A stretch of 63,875 bases of DNA, counting the filler, from Dicyema japonicum (taxonomy: Eukaryota; Animalia; Dicyemida): assembly GCA_011109175.1 (NCBI GenBank). It is 6 parts of 6 records of this genome, joined end to end, with 100 filler letters (N's around TTAATTAATTAA, not from the genome) between each part and the next. Parts side by side here need not be neighbours in the genome. Positions count along the whole stretch, not along the records: positions 12,767 to 23,557 come from RDEW01000101.1; positions 23,658 to 48,088 come from RDEW01000146.1; 4 more parts are not named here. One strand, written 5' to 3'. A program made the position numbers and the translations under genes. Shown here piece by piece: positions 13,005 to 25,989 of this stretch (position 1 is the first letter of the stretch; every line of letters begins with the position of its first letter). The notes under the pieces are model-generated. The model was not told the DNA's origin and ran no database searches. It worked only from the letters and a program-made list of their open reading frames with translations.

Positions 13005-14450
13005 TCAGGGCCCCTCAGGATGTTTTTTGCTGCCCCGGGAGAGTAACTAACTTTTTTGTTGATTTTTTATAATGTTAAAATTTAATCATTTACTCCTACA
13101 TCAAACTTTAAGTTTAAAATACCTTAATTAGCGTGGCATTTTTTATTTATTTTATTTTTGGTTGTATTAAGCCAAATCGAAATATCACTCAAGAAAATCG
13201 TGTATTTTAAAAAGACTGGGAAGAAAAATTTTTGTAGTTGAATTTAAGGGAAAAACACAGTGCCTTATACACTAAACATATTAAAGACGTATACCATCGA
13301 ACGACATTAAAAAAGTTGTTAATATCGTAAACTGGATACGCTCAAAAGCACTCAATCATCGATATTTTAAATTTTTTTTGTAACAAGTTGATGCTGAGTA
13401 TGGAGATGTTATTCCTCATACTGAAGTTAGGTGGTTAAGTCGTTCTAAATGCCTTTATAGGTACAGTATATAACTTTATTACGTAAAGATTCTTTAAATT
13501 ACTTCCAGAAAGACAAAGTTAAGGAATTTTCTAAAGGCAAAGTAATTTTCGAGGAACTTGAAGATAAAAATTGGATTGCCGATTTGGTTTTTTACGTTGA
13601 TTTAACCACGCATTTATCCGACCTTAATGTTGAATTACAAGGAAAAGGAAAACTCTGTTATTATTTATATGGATATATTTCCTCGTTTATCGAAAAATTA
13701 TATTTATGGATGACTTCACTTAAAGACGGAGATACATCTCATTTTTATTCACTATCTGAAAACAGTGAAAACGCTACTTATGAAAAATACATATCTATAA
13801 TTGCTGATTTAATTTGGGGTACATTTATTTAAATTTAATTTTTAGAATTTTAAAGAATTCCTTCCTTTAATGAAAATATTTGCAACTCCATTCAGCGTGG
13901 AAATTAAGGATGTGCCTGCAAAGTTTCAGGTAGAACTCATTAATTTACAACATGATATAGAATCGGCGGCGTTATTCAAAAATTCTCTAATCCTTAATTT
14001 TTACGAATTACTTCCTCAAGAAAAGTTCCAAAATATAACATACAATGCATATATGAATATATCAATGTTTGTATCTACATATGTATGCAAATCAATATTT
14101 AGGATTCGAATAAAAAATAAATATCGTAACAAACTCACAGATAATCACTTGAGTCAGCTGCCATAAACATCTTCAACTTTAATTATTCCGGATTTCAATA
14201 ACTTAATAAACAAATAATGATTTTCTTTTAAGTTACAACACCTTTTGTTTTTTAACAAAAAGTTCAATTTAAAGGAAATAAAAGTGTAATACCATGATCT
14301 GCAAACAGGCTGCGAACTCCTTAGCGATCCTAAAGAGAGGGACAATGCTGGGCGCCGCCCAAATTATTGTTAAAAAATATTGCGGCCCCGGTAAGCAAAT
14401 TTAAATATTGATTTGTCCCTCACAACCAAAATGTTGAGATCCGCTGCTGT
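13005..14450 (+). mobile_element. hAT (Buster/Charlie/SPIN-like) transposase remnant with micro-introns
   Basis: YGDVIPHTEVRWLSRSKCLY|RFFKLLPE across intron 13461-13488; WIADLVFYVDLTTHLSDLNVELQGK; FATPFSVEI...QVELINLQ; STYVCKSIF...KNKYRNKLTDNHL. Terminal repeats are not clearly resolved. Confidence 0.8.
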
Positions 14451-15474
14451 AGCTGTCCAATGCACTCTTGAGTCACTACGGGGTGACTGACGATGACCCC
14501 CTGACTAAAATCACCTTACACCACCAAGAAATTGAAGACGAACCATTGAAATTTCTATTAGATTAATTTTGCTTTTTATTAAAATATGCTTCTTCTATTC
14601 ACTAGAATTCTCTAATAATACATATTGATAGCCCAAATGGGCTGAAGCGCGTGAAAACCTAGAAATAACAAACTCTCGATATTTTAAGTCTAAGAAAATC
14701 AAATGTGACTAGAAAAACAGACTAAAACAAACTGAATTTGGCTTTTGTGTGAATGGACCGAATTGTTTACCTTCCGGAATAGTTCTATTAGTGATTAATG
14801 TATTGCAATAGAAATTATTTTCCACAACAACGACAAATCACGCGGGTTTCTCTTTCGGGGAACTAGTTTCAAGCTAAAGTCATTAATGAAAGCCGAGATG
14901 AGTTTTATGCGACTCCACTACGATTAAAATAAAGGCATATTGATCCTGATTACTTTGTATATTCATGACTTGAGTATTTTGGCTGCGTTCGACAAGGACT
15001 CTACCGACGAGATGATTTTCAAAAAGAGAACATGTACGTGAATCAATCATCATATCATTTCCCTTCATAAAAAGTGAATATTGTCGTCTTAACTGACTTT
15101 TGTCAAGATGTCTGAGCATGTAATATCCGAGTTTAATTTCTCAGTTCAAATGTCAACACAATAGATGTTTCTGACACCTCTGAGTTAAATTTTTCTTCAC
15201 GGATTCATTAAAACAAAATCTGTAGTTCGAAAAATCAGTTTCAGGAACTGAAGGAGAAGATACGAATAATGATATTTATAAATATTTTTTCAGAAATATA
15301 AGTTATGTTATTTTAAGTAAAAATAAAATTTTCATTTGATCTCATTTTAAATTCAAATAATTATTCTATTTTTATTTGCTTCCGGCATAACGATAGACGT
15401 AGATTTATAAATTAAAATCTTTCCTAATTTTTTGTTAACGTTTCTTTTAGATATCTTCATTTATTTTCGAGAAA

Positions 15475-18400
15475 ATGCAAAAGACTTATAAACATTCACA
15501 ATCTGCTGAATCAGAACTATCATTAGGCGACATTCCGTCAAGAGAAATTGTGAACGAAAAATTCCAACAAATTAATTGTATTTTTATAATAGCCAAACTC
15601 ATGTTTCATATAGAATAGTATCAGTTTAGATGAAGATATTTTCGAAGAAACTAAACAATACGATACTCTCAAAAAATGGAATTTTTCAAAATATATGTTA
15701 TATTTTTATTTTATTCTTCATTAGAATTGTCCTACATTGCTCACAGAATCTGACGATTTTACTGGCACACCTAAAGAAATTCTTATCAAGAAAGTATAAT
15801 ATGCTTTTAAATATATTATTTAACTATAATCATATAATTCATTCAATTGATTTTTTTTTATATAGCATAAAAAATTTTCAAAAAGTCTCTGAATAATAAT
15901 TAAAATCAATAATTCAATTAGAAATCAGCCTATCATGTACAAAATTAGATAATTTTAGTTCTTGTAAATTATTTCTATCCGATGATAATCAAGGATTGGA
16001 AATTTTTAAAAAAGATTATCCATGATTTTACAAAAATGTAACCTTGTTTATAAAATATTCATTTTACAATAGTTATCAACACAAGTTTCAAAAATATGAA
16101 AATTCAAAAGGAAACAAACGAAATATTCGTTCAAATGAACTAAATGATATCAAAGAATGCATTTATTTTGCTATCATATGTATAAAGGATCTAATGAACA
16201 CAAAAGTACTTAACAAAATGTTAACTTAACTAGACTGGGTTTGAGCGGGGAATAAAAAATGAAGGATTGTTGGAGACCATTTTGTGTGGAATCCGGATAA
16301 AAAACGATAGGTTTTTATACTATTTATGATCCCCAGGATTACATTGCTCGTCTTAACCTTACTAACAAGTATTTATCTAATCAAAGGCGATGATATTGTG
16401 ATTTCTGAAATGATAAAGTTCAATCAAGTTATAGTCAAATAATTTTAATTTAGAAGATAAGACAACCAAGTCAATTTGAAGAAATCACATATCCGCTCAC
16501 AAACACAAAAGACACCGTAACCAAAGTAAAAAAAACAATAAATTTAAATTTTCAAGGCAAGAATGATTGACTTTATTGACACTATTATCAACGGGGACAG
16601 TGATATAGAAAGAAGAGTGGTCAATCAGTATTTTTTGTCTAATGTTATATTTAATCAAGATATTGAGGCAAGTTCTCATATATTATGTTTTAGAGCAATG
16701 AAAACGGCCAGGATTCGATTATTTCTCATGTCATTAAAAAATATAAAGACAATATAATCGATTTTAATTATATGTGCGAAACAATTAAAAAACACGAAGA
16801 ATTAAATATAGAACTTGGTGAATTGTTAAGTGCTTTAAAAGTATTAATATAATTATTCATTTCAGCCTCATATGGGACCCGAGGAGCTGATTAAATATGA
16901 AATGGGTCAATATTTTATTAAATTGATCTCGTAGATGACTTTGAGAAAACTCAAATTCGGACATGTTCTAAAACACTGAAGGATTCAAGTCACAAAGTTT
17001 CGCCGCCATCTACAGATATAAGCTCCAACGTTGTTCCTAGTCAAACAATTGAGAATATAACTCCAGAGCTGCCCATAATACAGAAACAAGATTCCTGCGA
17101 ATTACTTCCAACAATTGCTGAAGATGAAAAACTTGAGCATTTTTCGTCATCTCCAATACCAGAAACTGAAACTTCAGTGCCTCCCCAAATTACTGCCCCC
17201 GCTCCACCCCCACGCCTCTTCCTGGAAAAATAAGTGCACAAAAAATCAACAAAATATTCCCAAACCACCCAAAAGTATGAAACCAGTCAATTGGCAACCA
17301 ATTGGGGCCAAAACAGATCGATAAAACATTATTTAAACAAATTAGTTATGAGCATGTCTATCAAGTATATTATGAAGATAAGTTTTAGAAAATTGAACTA
17401 ATAAAAATCGACAACGAATTTTCCGCTATTAGCACTAAAGTCAAGTCTTCATTAAGAAGGAAGAAATTAATGCTCCAATTTCCTTAATTGATGGAAACAA
17501 ATTCAGGTCCGTAGGTTAAATTAAAATGATTTTAATTTTAAAAGCAATTGTTAAAAGGAAAATCGGCGAATCGCTTAGTAATACATTAGAAGCAATTTCT
17601 AAGTAAAAAATCATAATTTTAAAACACTTTAGACTTGAATGGCACGTCAATTATATCAATGAACTGGAATTGCTATTGCCAATTTCTCCGAAAAACGAAG
17701 AGGTTTATTTCTGTATTTTGAATATTAAAATAGAGAGCTCTGTATTCGAAATACGTCGAAAACCGGGAATGATTAATATGTCACATGGGCAGCCTGTTAC
17801 GCATGGGCAGCCTGTTACATTTTTTGACCTTGAAGATGGCTTTTGATTATCCGACATTTTTAAAATTTTGTTTATCTAACATTTAATTTTGTATATCCGA
17901 TTTTGATCGTGATCCCATTAGATTAGTTGTTTATTTATAAATGTCATGATTATAAAGATTTTATTTTTTATAGCGGCAAACCTTAATTTCTAGCGTGATA
18001 TTTAGCATGAAAAATTATTTTGTTGCAATGGCTTCTTACAAGGGTTTTATAAAAGACTGCGTTGAATATCAAATTTTAAAAGATGCTTTATATGATAAAT
18101 TTCCCGAAAATCTTCCGAGGCACCGAAAATATAGACTTATAAAGAAGATGGAGAATTTCACCATTATCAATGACAGGTATTGTAAATTTGTAATAAATTT
18201 ACAGACTTTATCTTAAATCAAGTGATCCCAAGTTAGTCATATCCACGGAAGGCCAAATAATCCTCGGCTCAGGGAATTGTAGAAAGATTTAATCAAACGA
18301 TAACCAGGAAGTTGTCAAAAATGATGGAAAACAGTGAAAAAAGTGGGTCGATAAATTAGAAAATGCTGTGTACAGTTATAACATATCTGTCCATTCATCT

Positions 18401-20195
18401 TCGAACGAAAGTCCTTTCGAAAGATATCGAGGAATAAAGGGAATAAATTCAATAATCCATGGTTATACATATATCACATTATGTCTTAGATAATTTAAGT
18501 GATGAGTGTGTGAATTCGGAAACAAATGGAGGATTTTGTTAATTGTTCGAGTCCAGAATCTATTGAAAATTCATGTAATTCGATTTAAAATCTATATCTA
18601 GATTATTCCCAGTCAGACAATTTGTTTCCAACTGCGAAGAGATTCAATTTCGAAATCAACCCAATAGATGAAAATTCAAGTTATTACAAAGCTATGAACA
18701 GAGAATGAATGTTCATAATAGTAAGTATACTTTTAGCGTGGGAGATAAAGTACGAATTAGAAACATTAATAAATAAGTTCGGGTTAAAAAGGACTTTGGA
18801 ACGAATCCTTCATTGCGACTGGATAAGTTTGAGTCTCCGTATGATTCCGCTGCAGAAATAATTAATATTTTACCGAATAATTCAGCTGAGGTAGTTTTAA
18901 ATATGTTAATTTAATAGATAAAAAATTCGGAAGGAGAAATATCGACTGTACTAATTACTGGACTAAAAAAATAGTTATCTAAATTTTATTTTTTGTGGTT
19001 TTAATGAAATTAATTGAAGTTAATCTTAGTTCAAGGTTAATGTAACAGGCTGCCCATAGGTATCGCGCAGCCCATGTGACATAATAAACTTACAATCGAA
19101 GACCAATTTTTTATGAATGTAAAAAAACTTAATTTTAATGTTTAGTTTATTGAAATTGAAAATTTTGAAATTGGTGTACAAATAGTCTTGTTTATGAACA
19201 ACTTGCAACAAATTTATAAAGCAACTGAATAAGTATTTTTACAAAATACGTTTTAGCCGCTCGAAAAACTGTTAAAATTAATCAAAGGCATTCAAGATTC
19301 TAAAAAATTTAAGGAAATCATTAAAGTATATCAATTATGATTCACCAATTCAAGCTTGTCTTAGCTTTGGGGAATTTTTTTAATTCAAAAAAATCCAGCT
19401 CGTATGGCTTTGATTTCAAATCTTTGAATAAAGTATATTTACTTTCATATTTAAATCTCTAGTTGGCAACAATCAAAACAAACGACGGAAAAGAAAATTT
19501 GCTTGAATATTTAGTTCGCCTTATCAAAGAGAAATTTGATCACTTGGAAAATTTTGATGAAGATTTTGTATTTTTGGATGTTGTTTCATCTGAGAGTATA
19601 AATATTTGATTATTAAACAAGATCTGACTGAAACAATCGACGCCAACTTTGCTTCACTCAAGTCTGGGTATGACATGGTAACAACGGAATTCATAAAACT
19701 CAAAACGGAAAAATTTATGGAAGCGAAAAAAAATGTTGAAGATTTTTTGACTCAACAAAAGCCTCGATTTGAAATGCTAGAAAAGTCATTCATTCTATCA
19801 AAAGTATCTATTATTAATATTTCAGTCACTTATTGAAAATTTAATGAAATATTTTGGAGAAAACCCCAAGAAAATCTCAATTAATGATTTTCTAATTGAT
19901 CTGAAAAATTTTGTCCAAAAATTTGTGGTATCTCAATATACTTTAAATTTCAAAGTTTTATCGTGATAGAATGAACAAAAATTCAAAAGTTAATTTATCC
20001 AAGGTAAAAAATGTTAAGCCGCACTTCAAATTTTAGTTAAAGAGTTTCAAAACAAATAAAGTTCAATTTTCTGAGAATGTCAACGATGAGTCACTTGGAG
20101 ATTTAATGAGCAGTAATAAATTCATTTTTTTAATTCATAGAATTAAAAAAGAAATATGTCGAATAAAAAAGTACATATTAATTTATCTAAGTAAA
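15475..20195 (+). pseudogene. Formin (Diaphanous/DAAM-like GBD/FH3-FH1-FH2), many micro-introns, disrupted by a transposon and apparent frameshifts
   Basis: IPSREIVNEKF (GBD); IICIKDLMNTK and MIDFIDTIING..IERR (FH3); Pro-rich 17170-17225 (FH1); PPKSMKPVNWQPI, LVLALGNFFN..SSYGFDFKSLNK|LATIKTNDGKENLLEYLV (FH2). Introns 19326-19354 (29 nt), 19433-19462 (30), 19596-19621 (26), 19804-19825 (22). Confidence 0.85.
17779..19081 (+). mobile_element. Ginger-like (Gypsy-integrase-related) DNA transposon, internally deleted, TGT...ACA TIRs, 5-bp TSD TAATA
   Basis: Left TGTCACATGGG..ATGGGCAGCCTGTTACATT mirrors right AATGTAACAGGCTGCCCAT..CCCATGTGACA. TAATA at 17774-17778 and 19082-19086. HIHGRPNNP..QGIVERFNQTI...YSYNISVHSS integrase C-half. 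Confidence 0.85.
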
Positions 20196-20399
20196 GTTCT
20201 TTTCAATTTATTTATAATTAATTTTTATTAAATCCAGAAAAACCTGCTCAAGTGAAATGAATAAAGTAAAAAATGAAGTTAATAAAAAAAACGATAGAAT
20301 ACACAAAATGGTTGTTTAAAAAAATGCAACCACCGCATAGCGGAGGCACCTAAGTGCCCAAACTGCGCACGTGCGAGCCACACAGTTTTTCACAAGACA

Positions 20400-20665
20400 A
20401 GAGAACAAGTTAATTATGCTAATTAAGCCGAATTGAGAGGTAGGAATGTGGTCTCTTGTCTTGGAGTCTTTGTTTTTATTGGAGTGTGGCTTTTGCAGAC
20501 TAGGAAGCTCGACAACTCATCCGGAGATCCGCTTCATCCGGAGTCCGTATATGATGAGAAGTCCATGACGGCGTCACTTGTCAAACCCAATCGGAGCTTC
20601 CAACACAAGCAGCCTTCGGGAATCGAACCCTGGACCACTGGGAAACAACGGGTTTCCCCCAAAAA
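20400..20665 (-). repeat. tRNA-derived SINE-like remnant
   Basis: B-box GGTTCGATTCCC on the minus strand near 20620. The TGACGGCGTCACT.GTCAAACC motif recurs at about 35351. Confidence 0.35.
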
Positions 20666-20945
20666 TATTACAAAATTAAGGAGTCTTTAAAGTCTTTGTA
20701 TCTCAATATTTTCTGCACAGATATAAAGTACACATTCCGTAGGAAAACAATAGTCATCATCACACATCTATAAATGGGTCGATAATAAAAAGCTCACGCT
20801 GTTTAACTATTTTTGTAATTACTAGTACTATACAGTGCTCATTTAATCGTCCTACATTAGTTTTAGGCATATATATACAATAAGCAAATATTTCAGGAGC
20901 TTCGGGTCTTATAAATAAAGGTAGTTAATTTTAAAAACAAATTTA

Positions 20946-22096
20946 CAGTAGACTATTATTAAACAAATTTACATTTAACGAAAATGAAATTTGAGCATTC
21001 GTTAAATAAATTAACGAAAAAAATTTTTTTAATTAAAAATGTGTCATGTAATCGGTAATTTTAGGTTCCTTCTTTTTAATTTTCGCCAATATATTTCTCA
21101 AATTTGTAATCAGGGGAATATGTTCACCAGATTACTTGCAAAAAATATTTTTCAATATTTTCCAAATATTTAAGTGCATCTGCATAACCAATGGGATTGT
21201 CATTTGTGCTATCTATTTCTTCATGCTCATTTTCTTCTTCACATTGTATTGTATCAAGATATGCGTTTTCTTCGCAGATGACAGGTGCACAGACAGGAAA
21301 CTCAATCATAATTTCACTTTTATTATCTTTAATTGTAAGGGGATATAAATTTAAAACCCTTTTCGTCAGTGGATTTTTCGAATATTTTTTCATCTATCTT
21401 CCCCCAATTGTTCGAGATTTTTCGATCCATATTTTTTAACATGGCTGCAAAGCGTCCATATGAATCTATAAGCAAAACGGATCCACTAATTGTTCTTCTC
21501 CAGAAATCGTGAGTGTTTTTATTTTATACTCTTCCTTAAAACGTGAAATCCATGGGTAAGATGCTTTGAAATTTTCAATAAAATCGTTGAGCAATTTTGA
21601 GTGCCATTTCGCGTACATTTCATTAGTTATGGTGTGATTACAGAAACGTTTGTTCTGAATCCATGCATATAGTGGTTCATATATTTTATCAGTACAACTT
21701 TTAAATGTATATTCTTTTTTTGTTTGTGACGCCTTGATCCATACATTTGCATTTTCTTCAACGTTGAATTGATCACTCCAATAGGCATATTGAACCGCTG
21801 AGCCAAATTTTCCTGAGTAACATCAGGATTATTTTTTGAAATCAATAATCTTCGAGTTTTTGTTGAATTTGATAAGTTTTTCTTTTTTTCTCATATTGTT
21901 CACCCTTGCACACATGGTTACTACAAACAAATAGCGAGGAAAAATTATTTTAAAATTTTATCAAAAATTTTAATTTCGTTATTTAAATATTCGTTAAATA
22001 TATTTAAATATTCACTAATACAAAAAAATTTATTTTGAATTTATCTAAGGAAAACAAAATATATTTTAATTTTTGTAAATGATGGATAGTCTACTG
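20946..22096 (-). mobile_element. Tigger/pogo-like Tc1-mariner element, internally deleted
   Basis: TIR CAGTAGACTAT at 20946 and ATAGTCTACTG ending 22096, both flanked by TA. CENP-B-like HTH (NPDVTQENLAQRFNMPIGVINSTLK); C-terminal IGYADALKYLENIEKYF. Confidence 0.8.
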
Positions 22097-22098
22097 TA

Positions 22099-23557
22099 TG
22101 AATAATCGCGTTGAGGTATTTAAATATGTTAATTTAATAGATAAAAAATTCGAAAGGAAAAATATCGTCTGTACCACTGACTAGACTAAAAAAATTGTTT
22201 CTAAATTTTATTCTTTGTGGTTTTAATGAAATTAATTGAAGTTAATCTTAGTTCAAGGTTAATGTAACAGGCTGCCCATAGGTATCGCGCTGCCCATGTG
22301 ACATAATAAACTTACAATCGAAGACCAATTTTTTATGAATGTAAAAAAACTTAATTTAATGTTCGCTTATTGAAATTGAAAATTTTGAAATTCGTGTAAA
22401 AATGGTTTATTTATGAACAGCTTCCAAACAAAATTATAGAACGACTGCAGAAGTATTTTTTACAAAACACATTTTAGCCACTCGAAAAACTGTTAAAATC
22501 AATTAAAAGCATTCAAGATTCCAAGAAATTCAAGGAAATCATTAAAGTATATCAATTATGATTCACCAATCAAGCTTGTCTTAGCTTTGGGGAATTTTTT
22601 TAATTCAAAAAAATCCAGCTCGTATGGCTTTGATTTCAAATCTTTGAATAAAGTATATTTACTTTCATATTTAAATCTCTAGTTGGCAACAATCAAACAA
22701 ACGACGGAAAAAAATTTGCTTGAATATTTAGTTCGCCTTATCAAAGAGAAATTTGATCACTTGGAAAATTTTGATGAAGATTTTGTATTTTTGGATGTTG
22801 TTTCATCTGAGAGTATAAATATTTGATTATAAACAAGATCTGACTGAAACAATCGACGCAACTTTTGGCTTCACTCAAGTCTGGGTATGACATGGTAACA
22901 ACGGAATTCATAAAACTCAAAACGGAAAAATTTATGGAAGCGAAAAAAATGTTGAAGATTTTTGACTCAACAAAAGCCTCGATTGAAATGCTAGAAAAGT
23001 CATTCATTCTATCAAAAGTATCTATTATTAATATTTCAGTCACTTATTGAAAATTTAATGAAATATTTTGGAGAAAACCCAAGAAAATCTCAATTAATGA
23101 TTTTCTAATTGATCTGAAAAATTTTGCCAAAAATTTGTGGTATCTCAATATACTTTAAATTTCAAAGTTTTATCGTGATAGAATGAACAAAAATTCAAAA
23201 GTTAATTTATCCAAGGTAAAAAATGTTAAGCCGCACTTCAAATTTTAGTTTAAGAGTTCAAAACAAATAAAGTTCAATTTTCTGAGAATGTCAACGATGA
23301 GTCACTTGGAGATTTAATGAGCAGTAATAAATTCATTTTTTAATTCATAGAATTAAAAAAGAAATATGTCGAATAAAAAAGTACATATTAATTTATCTAA
23401 AAAGTTCTTTCAATTTATTTATAATTAATTTTTATTAAATCCAGAAAACCTGCTCAAGTGAAATGAATAAAGTAAAAAATGAAGTTAATAAAAGAAACGA
23501 TAGAATACACAAAATGTTGTTTAAAAAAAATGCAACCACCGCACAGCGGAGGCACGT
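22099..23557 (+). repeat. Direct duplicate of about 18880-20350 (Ginger right end + formin FH2 3' exons)
   Basis: Colinear near-identical sequence, including the right TIR CCCATGTGACA plus TAATA and the same micro-introns. Confidence 0.9.
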
Positions 23558-23989
23558 NNNNNNNNNNNNNNNNNNNNNNNNNNNNNNNNNNNNNNNNNNN
23601 NTTAATTAATTAANNNNNNNNNNNNNNNNNNNNNNNNNNNNNNNNNNNNNNNNNNNNCTAAGCAAGAGATGGATTTAATGTCAAAAAATGATTAATTTGA
23701 AGTTATCTTTGTTACCACTAGACATGATACTGACCTCCTCAATCGATTCCTCAATTCGGTAATCTGCCTATTTTAGTTTCCGACACTGGATACGACGTCG
23801 AATATCCCTTATCCGATACCACTTGGCGGGTTCCAAGATAGTCCAACAGGCGTTGGCGTCCCATAAATGATGCCACTAACGTACATTATCTTGGAGTGTG
23901 TCACTCGAATGAAAGAAAAGATACTTTATTGGAGACATAACTGTTATGAGACATAACTGTTATGAACTTTAGACACTAACCCAATAACC

Positions 23990-25560
23990 CTTANAAAAGT
24001 GTAAATTATTAATCAGAATTTATTAATTAAATCATTTAGCATTTTCGATCACTTTAATTCGTGACCTGAGAATTTATTCATCCTCATTGTTATTGAAAAA
24101 ACAATTGTCTCCCTTAATTTTTGGTACTTCATAGAATGTACAGTCAAGCTCATCGTACAGACCATTTTACGATTAGCTTGATTTTCGCGATGATTTTTTC
24201 TTTAAGGATTTTGTTACCAACTTTTAAAGTTTCTTTACCTTCTTTTTTCAATTATCTTTTAAGCTGTTTCTTGTGTATATATTCATTCCTCTTTTTTTCC
24301 TTACCCATTTCATAAGACAGAAAATTCGACAAATTTTCCGTAATTGCCTTCTGTGGAAACTTACAACCCATAAATATGAAGAATGGCATTTGTTTCGTTG
24401 TCTTGTGTANTAACTCGTGACCTGAGAATTTTTTCATCCTCATTGTTATTGAAAAAACAATTGTCTCCCTCAATTTTTGATACTTCATAGAATGTACAGT
24501 CAAGCTCATCGTACAGACCATTTTACGATTAGATTGATTTTCGCGATGATTTTCTCTTTTTAGTATTTTGTTACAAACTTTTAAAATTTATTTAGCTTCT
24601 TTTCTCAATTATCTTTTAAGCTGTTACTTGTGTATATATTCATTCCTCTTTCTTTCCTTATCCATTTCATAATACAGAAAATTCGACAAATTTTTCGGAA
24701 TTGCCTTCTGTGGAAACTTACATCCAATAAATATGAAGAATGGCATTTTTTCGTTGTCTTGTGTATCCAATTGTTGTAATCAAAAACAATTTTTATTAAA
24801 TGTATAACATAACTCCAAAACTTTCCACTGGAAGCGGATGTGGAGGAATTCCATTTTTTTAATTGATTGGTTTAATATAAATTTATATTTTCTCTTTTTT
24901 ACCTCTCTACTTGACCTTGCATACATAGAGCACGTGATTTACCATAGACATATTTGACCCGAAGTTCCTCTTCCGTCGGCACATGTCGGGCATCGATTTA
25001 TTTTAAAATTCGTTTATGTTATCCGTGTGTAATAATAACAGGGAGATACATGTATAAATTTTTTTCAAAAGTTTCAGCTAGTTCCCTTGAATTTTTGGAT
25101 TATAGAGTTTCGACCATACCAAATTTGCTGAAACAATCAACAACTGTCAGAAGCTACAGAATATTAATGAGAAAAAATACCCATGAATAACCCAATTTTT
25201 TGTCAGAATAACGTCGCAAATCGATCAGATCGGTTATATATCTGAGGCGTGGGTATTTGCAACAGTTAGTGTCATCGGAGGTTTTGTTTCCAAAATCCTC
25301 TTTGACACACAAAATGGACACCGCTTTACAATATCTCCAACATCGTTCTTTGTCATAATGTAGTACAGCTTTTTCAAAATACTAAAAAGTCTGTTTTGGC
25401 CCATGTAAAATTTGTTGTGTTCAGACTAAAAACTTAAAGATTGTATATACCTTAATAGTTAATCGATTTAGCTCTAGTTCGTCTTTTTCAAAAAATCGTA
25501 ATTTATAATTTATTTCCTACAAATGAGCAATTATAAATATACGTAGATATATGGCACATC
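23990..25560 (-). mobile_element. Ginger-like rve integrase remnant
   Basis: Minus strand: GQNRLF...DIVKRCPFC (H2C2); LTVVDCFSKF; KYVYGKSRALCMQGQVER; NWIHKTTKKMPFFIF. Stops and frameshifts present. Confidence 0.75.
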
Positions 25561-25989
25561 GTTTTCAAACGTAAAACTACTGACAAGTCCCTTATCGGAT
25601 AATGTCAAATCTGAAAGGAACAAGTCAATTTCTTTAAATTCCTTAATTATTTTCCGATCGTGAAGAAACAATCGAACAACAAAAACCATCAGTCGCTTGC
25701 TAATAAAGCGTGCTAAATAATTTTTAAATAATTTAAATTAATTATTTTTATGAAACAATTAATATATTAAAAACTAAGTACTTTGATACAAAATCACGTG
25801 TTGTTGTGGTGTTTATACATTCTCTGAAACTTATTTTAATATTAGAGCTGTTGATGGGGAAAGGCAACCTACCCTGTATTGAAATGCCAAGAAAATCTTA
25901 TGAGCAAACTCTCACGATCAATTGAAAGCACCGTTACTGCAAACATTAAATCTCGAGTCTTCGTCACACAGAATTTCACAAATTCGCAA

